Below are positions 16,441 through 21,910 of a stretch of 21,910 nt of DNA, piece by piece (the first letter of the stretch is position 1; every line of letters begins with the position of its first letter). The notes under the pieces were generated by a model. The model was not told the DNA's origin. It did no database searches and was given only the letters and a program-made list of their open reading frames with translations. The position numbers were made by a program, and so were the translations under genes. Source of the stretch: Deltaproteobacteria bacterium (GTDB lineage: Bacteria > Myxococcota_A > UBA9160 > SMWR01); NCBI GenBank assembly GCA_032128115.1, contig JAQBHB010000055.1:1-21910 (forward strand). The letters run 5' to 3'.

Positions 16441-17643
16441 ATGCGCTTCTACGAACACGAATCGAAGGCCCTGTTCGCCCGCCACGGTCTCCCACTGGGG
16501 CCCCGGCATCTGGCGCGGAGCGCCGACGACGCGCGGCGCGCGGCGGCCGCGATCGGCGGCCCGGTGGTGTTGAAGAGCCAGGTACTCTCGGGCGGTCGCA
16601 TGAAGGCCGGCGCCGTCAAATTCGCCGACTCCCCGGATCGGGCCGCCGCCCTGTTCGACGAAATCCTTCCCATCGTGGTCAACGGGCAGCGGGCCGAGTC
16701 GGTGCTGGTGGAGGCCAGGAGTGAAGTGGCCCAGGAGTACTACGCAGGCGTCACCTGGGACGGCCGCCGCAAGCTGCCGGTGGTGATCTTCAGCGACATG
16801 GGCGGCATCGACATCGAGGAGGTGGCCGAGAAGCACCCGGAACACGTCTCCAAGACCCACGTTTCCACCCTCCTCCCGGTCACGCCGCGCATCGCCAAGG
16901 AAGCGGTGGGCGCAACCGGGGTGACCGGGAGCGAGCTCAATCGCATCGCCCCGATCGTCGATGCCCTGATCCGGATTTTCTTCGAATACGACCTGACCCT
17001 GGCGGAGATCAATCCCCTGGCCAGGCTGGCCGACGGGAGCTTCGCCATCCTGGACGGCCACGTGGACCTGGAGGCCGAGGCCCGGTACAAGCACGAGGCG
17101 CTGCTTCACGAGCTGGGAATCCGCCCGGAGGAGACGCGCCAGGCACGCCCCCCCACCGACTTCGAGATCGCCGGGGCAAAAGTGGACGCCTCGGACCACC
17201 GGGGCGTGGCGGGCAACGTGGTGGAATTCGACGGCAACCTGGGGCTGATCATCGGTGCCGGCGGCGGCTCGCTCACGCTATTCGACGCGGTGCGCAAGCA
17301 GGGCGGGCGGCCGGCCAACTACTGCGAGATCGGCGGCAACCCCAGCGTGAAGAAGGTCTGCGAGCTCACCAAGCTCGTACTCTCGAAACCCGGCGTGGTG
17401 CAGGTGGCGGTGATGATGAACGTGGTGTCGAACACGCGGGTCGACATCGTTGCGCGCGGCGTGATCAAGGGCTGCATCGAATCCGGCCGCGACCCGGGGC
17501 GGACCATCGCCATCTTCCGCATCCCGGGTTCCTGGGAAGACGAGGGATTCAAGATCTTGAAGCACCACGGCGTCGAGTTCTGCGATCGCAGCGTGTCCAT
17601 GCACGAGGCGGCCGCCCGGGCCGTGGCCCGGGTCGGGCGGTAG
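16441..17643 (+). CDS. ADP-forming acyl-CoA synthetase beta subunit (SucC/MtkA-like, atypical)
   Basis: MRFYEHESK, KSQVLSGGRMKAG, GGIDIEEVA, EINPL, PANYCEIGG. ATG at 16441. Confidence 0.88.
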   Translation: MRFYEHESKALFARHGLPLGPRHLARSADDARRAAAAIGGPVVLKSQVLSGGRMKAGAVKFADSPDRAAALFDEILPIVVNGQRAESVLVEARSEVAQEYYAGVTWDGRRKLPVVIFSDMGGIDIEEVAEKHPEHVSKTHVSTLLPVTPRIAKEAVGATGVTGSELNRIAPIVDALIRIFFEYDLTLAEINPLARLADGSFAILDGHVDLEAEARYKHEALLHELGIRPEETRQARPPTDFEIAGAKVDASDHRGVAGNVVEFDGNLGLIIGAGGGSLTLFDAVRKQGGRPANYCEIGGNPSVKKVCELTKLVLSKPGVVQVAVMMNVVSNTRVDIVARGVIKGCIESGRDPGRTIAIFRIPGSWEDEGFKILKHHGVEFCDRSVSMHEAAARAVARVGR

Positions 17644-17649
17644 ACAGCC

Positions 17650-18555
17650 ATGTCGATCCTCATCACCGCCGACACCACCTTCATCGTGCAGGGCATCACC
17701 GGCCGCGAGGCCGTGAACCTGACGCGAGAGAACCTGGACTACGGCGCCCGGATCGTGGGGGGCGTGACGCCGGGGCGAGCGGGTCGCGACGTGTACGGGG
17801 TGCCCGTCTACGACTGCGTACGGGACATCACGTCGAAGACCCGCGTCGACGGCTCTGTGGTCTGCGTGCCTCCCCGATTCGCCAGGGACGCGGTATTCGA
17901 AGCGCTGGAGAACGGGATCCGGCTGGTGGTGGTGGTGACCGAGCGCATCCCCCGCCAGGAGGTGGCCCAGATGGTGGAACTGGCGGCCCTGCGCGGCGCC
18001 CGCATCATCGGACCCAACTGTCTGGGACTGATCTCGCCAGGAGAAGCGAAGATGGGTGGCATCGGGGGCCCGGCGGCCAACACCGAGCGCGCCTATTCGA
18101 AGGGGCCCGTGGGCGTGATGTCGCGCTCCGGCGGCATGACCACCGAGATCGCCAACACCCTGACCGCCGCCGGACTGGGGCAGTCCACCGCCGTGTCCAT
18201 CGGCGGCGACGCCATCATTGGCACCACCTACGCGGAACTCATGCCCCTGTTCGCCGCAGACCCCCAGACCCGGGCCATCGCCATCTACTCGGAGCCCGGC
18301 GGGCGCATGGAAGCCGAACTCGCCGACTGGATGCGGGACAACGGCTGCACGCTGCCGATCGTGGCGTTCATGGCCGGCCGCTTCATGGACGAGATGCCCG
18401 GCATGCGCTTCGGCCACGCGGGCACCATCGTCGAGGGCGTGGCGGACACCACCGCCGACAAGATCGAACGCATGACGAAGGCGGGCATCGCAGTGGCAGA
18501 GCGCATCGAAGAGATTCCGGACATGATCCGGGCCCGACTCGAGGAGGCGGCCTGA
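17650..18555 (+). CDS. ADP-forming acyl-CoA synthetase alpha subunit (SucD/MtkB-like, atypical)
   Basis: QGITG, GGVTPG, IIGPNCLG, SRSG, IGGD, EPGG and phospho-His motif FGHAG. Confidence 0.9.
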   Translation: MSILITADTTFIVQGITGREAVNLTRENLDYGARIVGGVTPGRAGRDVYGVPVYDCVRDITSKTRVDGSVVCVPPRFARDAVFEALENGIRLVVVVTERIPRQEVAQMVELAALRGARIIGPNCLGLISPGEAKMGGIGGPAANTERAYSKGPVGVMSRSGGMTTEIANTLTAAGLGQSTAVSIGGDAIIGTTYAELMPLFAADPQTRAIAIYSEPGGRMEAELADWMRDNGCTLPIVAFMAGRFMDEMPGMRFGHAGTIVEGVADTTADKIERMTKAGIAVAERIEEIPDMIRARLEEAA

Positions 18556-18788
18556 TGGCGGGAATGTTCATCAACGTGGTGGTGGACGCCAGTGTGGCGC
18601 GCGACCCGGAGCTGGCGGCCAAGCTCGTGGAGGTGTGCCCGGTCTCCATCTTCGAGACGTCCGATGACGGACGCCTGCGCATCGTCGACGACAACCTCGA
18701 CGAGTGCGTGCTCTGCGACCTCTGCACCGCCGCGGCGCCTAGCGGCGGCGTACAGGTGATCAAGCTCTACGACAGCGGCCAGGAGTAG
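18555..18788 (+). CDS. Ferredoxin-like protein, single [4Fe-4S] motif
   Basis: VCP plus CVLCDLC...AP. The start overlaps the upstream stop (TGATG) with a GAGGAGG RBS. Confidence 0.82.
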   Translation: MAGMFINVVVDASVARDPELAAKLVEVCPVSIFETSDDGRLRIVDDNLDECVLCDLCTAAAPSGGVQVIKLYDSGQE

Positions 18789-18791
18789 ACC

Positions 18792-19859
18792 ATGAGAAAT
18801 CCCCGAAACTTTGCGAGGCCCCTGGCGATCGGCGCTCCCACACCGCCGAACGACGTATCGGCGCGGCCCTCGCGCATGATCCACTTCTTCGATCCGAGCA
18901 ACCCGCGCATGGCCGTCAAGGTCCCGGACCTGGTGCCTAGGGTGGACGTGTTGCTCGCGAACCTGGAAGACGCCATCGACGCCGGCAAGAAGGTCGCGGC
19001 GCGCGAGGGACTGATCAAGATCGCCAGGGAAACCGATTTTGGAGACACCCAGTTCTGGGTGCGCATCAACAGCCTGGACAGCCCGTGGTGCCTGGACGAC
19101 GTGCTCGCCATCGTGGGCGAAGTGGGCGACAAGATCGACGTCATGATGGTGCCCAAGGTCGAGGGGCCCTGGGACATCCACTACATGGACCAGCTGGTGG
19201 CCCAGCTGGAGGCCAAGCACGGCGTCGGGGAGTCCATCCTCCTGCACGCGATCCTGGAGACGGCGCTCGGCGTGCGCAACGTGGAGGAGATCGTGTCGGC
19301 AAGCCCCCGCATGCAGGGGGTGAGCCTGGGACCCGCGGACCTGGCGGCCTCACGGGGCATGAAGACCACGCGTGTGGGCGGCGGCCACCCGGGCTACGTG
19401 GTGCGGGTCGATCCGGACCCGGAACACGCCGAGGCCCCGCGAGCCACCGCCCAGCAGGACCTCTGGCACTACACCATGGCCCGCATGGTGGACGCCTGCG
19501 CGTCCACCGGCGCGCAAGCCTATTACGGGCCCTTCGGCGCCATCGACGATCCGGTGGGCTGCGAGGACCAGTTCCGCAACGCCTTCCTGATGGGCTGCGT
19601 CGGCGCGTGGTCGCTACACCCGAACCAGATCGAGATCGCGCGCCGGGTGTTCAGCCCGCCGCCGGACGAGGTGGCGTGGGCGCGCCGGGTGATCGAGGCC
19701 ATGGGCGATGGCACCGGCACGGTGATGATCGAAGGCAAGATGCAGGACGACGCCACCGTAAAGCAGTGCCACGTCATGGTGAACCGCGCGAAGCTCATCG
19801 CCCGTCGCGACCCGGACTACGCCAAAGCCTACGGCTTCAGCGACAAGGACCTGGCCTGA
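18792..19859 (+). CDS. mcl: Malyl-CoA/beta-methylmalyl-CoA/citramalyl-CoA lyase (CitE family, Chloroflexus Mcl type)
   Basis: [73 protein letters not shown], all matching the recalled Chloroflexus aurantiacus Mcl. Confidence 0.9.
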   Translation: MRNPRNFARPLAIGAPTPPNDVSARPSRMIHFFDPSNPRMAVKVPDLVPRVDVLLANLEDAIDAGKKVAAREGLIKIARETDFGDTQFWVRINSLDSPWCLDDVLAIVGEVGDKIDVMMVPKVEGPWDIHYMDQLVAQLEAKHGVGESILLHAILETALGVRNVEEIVSASPRMQGVSLGPADLAASRGMKTTRVGGGHPGYVVRVDPDPEHAEAPRATAQQDLWHYTMARMVDACASTGAQAYYGPFGAIDDPVGCEDQFRNAFLMGCVGAWSLHPNQIEIARRVFSPPPDEVAWARRVIEAMGDGTGTVMIEGKMQDDATVKQCHVMVNRAKLIARRDPDYAKAYGFSDKDLA

Positions 19860-19865
19860 CGCGCC

Positions 19866-20831
19866 TCAGGAGAGCTCGAGCATGCGCTCGATGGGGCGGA
19901 GGGCGGCCAGGCGGATCTCGTCGGGGACGCTGACCCGGGGCGCCAGGTCGCGCAGGCACAGGTAGAGCTTCTCGAGCGTATTCAAGCGCATGAACGGGCA
20001 CTGGTTGCACGAGCAGCTCTCGTCCATGCCGGGGGCCTGGATCAGCTGCTTGTCCGGCGCCTTCTTTGCGATCTGGTGGAATACGCCGTCCTCGGTCGCG
20101 ATCACCAACACCTTCGCAGGCGAATCGATGGCGCGTTGGATGATGCCGGTGGTGGACGCCACGAAGTCCGCCTGATCGAGCACCGCCTCGTCGCACTCCG
20201 GGTGCGCCAGCACCTCCGCGTCCGGGTATCGCACCTTGAGCTGGGCCAGGCGCTTGGCGCTGAACTGCTCGTGCACCACGCAGGTGCCCGGCCACACGAT
20301 CAGGTCCGGACGATCCGCCTGCTTCGCCACCCAGCGCGCCAGGTGCCGGTCCGGGGCGAAGATCAGCGGCTCGCCTTCGAATTCCGCCGCCATCTTCGCG
20401 GCGTTCGACGACGTGCAGATGAGGTCGCTCATCGCCTTGATCTCGGCCGAGGTGTTGATGTACGACAGCACCCGGGCGCCCGGATGGCGATCGATGAAGG
20501 CCCGGAACTCGTCCGGGGGGCAGCCGTCGGCGAGCGAACAGCCCGCCGCCAGGTCCGGGATCACCACCACCCGGTCCGGGTTCAGGATCTTCGCGGTCTC
20601 GGCCATGAAGTGGACGCCGCAGAAGGCGATCACATCCGCGTCGACCTTCACCGCCGCCTGGGCCAGGGCCAGGGAGTCGCCGACGAAATCGGCGAGATCC
20701 TGGATCTCGTCTTCCTGGTAGTAGTGGGCGAGCAGGACGGCGTTGCGCTCACGCTTCAGATCGACGATCGCCGCTTCGAGATCGTCGGGGAAGCCGCCGT
20801 TGGCGCCGCGACTCGGGACCGACTGGGCCAT
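19866..20831 (-). CDS. nadA: Quinolinate synthase
   Basis: [55 protein letters not shown] (three Fe-S cysteines). Confidence 0.97.
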   Translation of the reverse strand: MAQSVPSRGANGGFPDDLEAAIVDLKRERNAVLLAHYYQEDEIQDLADFVGDSLALAQAAVKVDADVIAFCGVHFMAETAKILNPDRVVVIPDLAAGCSLADGCPPDEFRAFIDRHPGARVLSYINTSAEIKAMSDLICTSSNAAKMAAEFEGEPLIFAPDRHLARWVAKQADRPDLIVWPGTCVVHEQFSAKRLAQLKVRYPDAEVLAHPECDEAVLDQADFVASTTGIIQRAIDSPAKVLVIATEDGVFHQIAKKAPDKQLIQAPGMDESCSCNQCPFMRLNTLEKLYLCLRDLAPRVSVPDEIRLAALRPIERMLELS

Positions 20832-20836
20832 GACCC

Positions 20837-20842
20837 AGGGTA
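20837..20842 (-). promoter_or_regulatory. Putative -10 (TACCCT) for leaderless nadA
   Basis: TAnnnT 5 nt upstream of ATG 20831; no SD sequence. Confidence 0.4.
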
Positions 20843-20856
20843 ACGCGGCGGCCCCC

Positions 20857-20918
20857 GGTAGGCCGCACGCCGCGTGCTCTATATCCAGGTAGGCCGCACG
20901 CCGCGTGCGCTATATCCA
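20857..20918. repeat. 31-bp tandem duplication in the nadA/sulfatase divergent intergenic region
   Basis: ggtaggccgcacgccgcgtgctctatatcca / ggtaggccgcacgccgcgtgcgctatatcca (1 mismatch). Each copy holds the inverted repeat gcacgc-c-gcgtgc. Confidence 0.93.
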
Positions 20919-20922
20919 AGGC

Positions 20923-21910
20923 GTGCCCCCCGTACCCCGTGCAGACCGCGCGGCGGCCCTCGTCGCGTGCTGGCTATTTGGGCAATTCACTTGCGCACTC
21001 GGCTGCCGCGGCCCCGAGCCCGACGGTCCTCCCAACCTGCTGCTGATCAGCGTGGACACCCTGCGGGCCGACAGCCTGGCCTGCTACGGGGGCGAGCCCG
21101 GCGTGGGCGAAGCGATCTGCGACCTGGCCGACGGGGGCACCCGCTTCGAGTGGGCGATCACCCCCGCCCCCTACACCGCGCCCGCAATCGCCTCCATGCT
21201 GAGCTCCCGCTATCCCGGCGAGCACGGCGTGACCCAGTCTGTGGTTAGCTACCTGCCCCGGGACCTCACCACCGTGGCCGAGGTGCTCGAGGCCGCCGGC
21301 TACCAGACGGCCGCCTTCGTCTCGAACCCGGTGCTCGACAAGAGCCGCAGCCTGGATCAGGGATTCCAGGTCTACGACCAGCACATGAATCGCCCGGAGC
21401 GCAACCGCCCGCGCTATCGGGAGCGGGACGCCGCGAGCACCACCGACGCGGTGCTGGCCTGGGCCCGGGTGGCCGCGCGCGAGCCGTGGTTCGTGTGGGT
21501 CCACTTCCAGGACCCCCATGGACCCTACGAGCCCCCGGATGCGGATCCGGGCCACGACTCTCCAGCGGCGCCGCCCCTGGCCGTGCTGCGCGACCACTCG
21601 GGATTCGGCGGCATTCCCGGCTACCAGGCGCTACCGGGCTTGTTCAGCGCGGACGCCTATGAACAGCGCTACCGGGACGAGATCCGGTACCTGGATCCCC
21701 ATGTGAAGCGGCTGGTGGAAGGCCTCGACGCCCTGGGCCGTCCCGCGGGCGTGCTGCTGACGGCGGATCACGGCGAGGCCTTCGGCGAGGACGGCTATTA
21801 CTTCGCCCACGGGCATTCGCTCGGACTCGATCAGGTGCGTGTGCCCATGCTGTGGCGCGCGCCCGATCCGGCAGGGCCCGCGGTGGAGAGCGCGCCGGTA
21901 AGCCTGGTGG
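20923..21910 (+). CDS. Sulfatase-like / alkaline phosphatase superfamily protein, probable lipoprotein (partial, runs off the right edge)
   Basis: Manual translation from GTG 20923: ALG-C lipobox, PNLLLISVDTLRAD, PAPYTAPAIASMLSSRYP, WVHFQDPHGPY, YRDEIRYLD, TADHGEAFGE, HGHSL. Not in the ORF track. Confidence 0.88.
   Translation, partial: MPPVPRADRAAALVACWLFGQFTCALGCRGPEPDGPPNLLLISVDTLRADSLACYGGEPGVGEAICDLADGGTRFEWAITPAPYTAPAIASMLSSRYPGEHGVTQSVVSYLPRDLTTVAEVLEAAGYQTAAFVSNPVLDKSRSLDQGFQVYDQHMNRPERNRPRYRERDAASTTDAVLAWARVAAREPWFVWVHFQDPHGPYEPPDADPGHDSPAAPPLAVLRDHSGFGGIPGYQALPGLFSADAYEQRYRDEIRYLDPHVKRLVEGLDALGRPAGVLLTADHGEAFGEDGYYFAHGHSLGLDQVRVPMLWRAPDPAGPAVESAPVSLV

Noticed and set aside
15317..19859. 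Autotrophic 3-hydroxypropionate bicycle
   Set aside because: Malonyl-CoA reductase, propionyl-CoA synthase, Mct and Meh are not in the window; mch and mcl alone do not indicate autotrophy.

Overview
GC-rich bacterial chromosomal DNA; the gene content suggests Myxococcota/Deltaproteobacteria, which is inference only. The first ~2.3 kb is mobile-element debris: the 5' end and left IR of an IS30-family element, and an IS91-family (Y2/HUH) transposase that is frameshifted and has His at the catalytic Tyr position. This region appears to truncate a small lvaB-like gene coupled to an LvaA-like phosphotransferase. The rest is densely packed core and metabolic genes: TPR lipoprotein, IVD-type acyl-CoA dehydrogenase, PilZ and PAS proteins, dienelactone hydrolase, CysQ, three-subunit transhydrogenase, a divergent Ccr-like reductase, an HhH-GPD-like protein, class II RNR, NadA and a partial sulfatase-like lipoprotein. 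The best candidate for an undescribed system is a five-gene operon (15317-19859): Mch-like hydratase, an atypical ADP-forming acyl-CoA synthetase beta/alpha pair with ATP-citrate-lyase-like motifs, a single-cluster ferredoxin and a Chloroflexus-type malyl/methylmalyl/citramalyl-CoA lyase. Together with the nearby Ccr-like gene and pnt genes, it suggests a variant ethylmalonyl-CoA or C5-dicarboxylate pathway. Also seen: three short tandem duplications at gene boundaries and several apparently leaderless promoters, one bidirectional. All family assignments come from motif recognition by eye; no searches were run.
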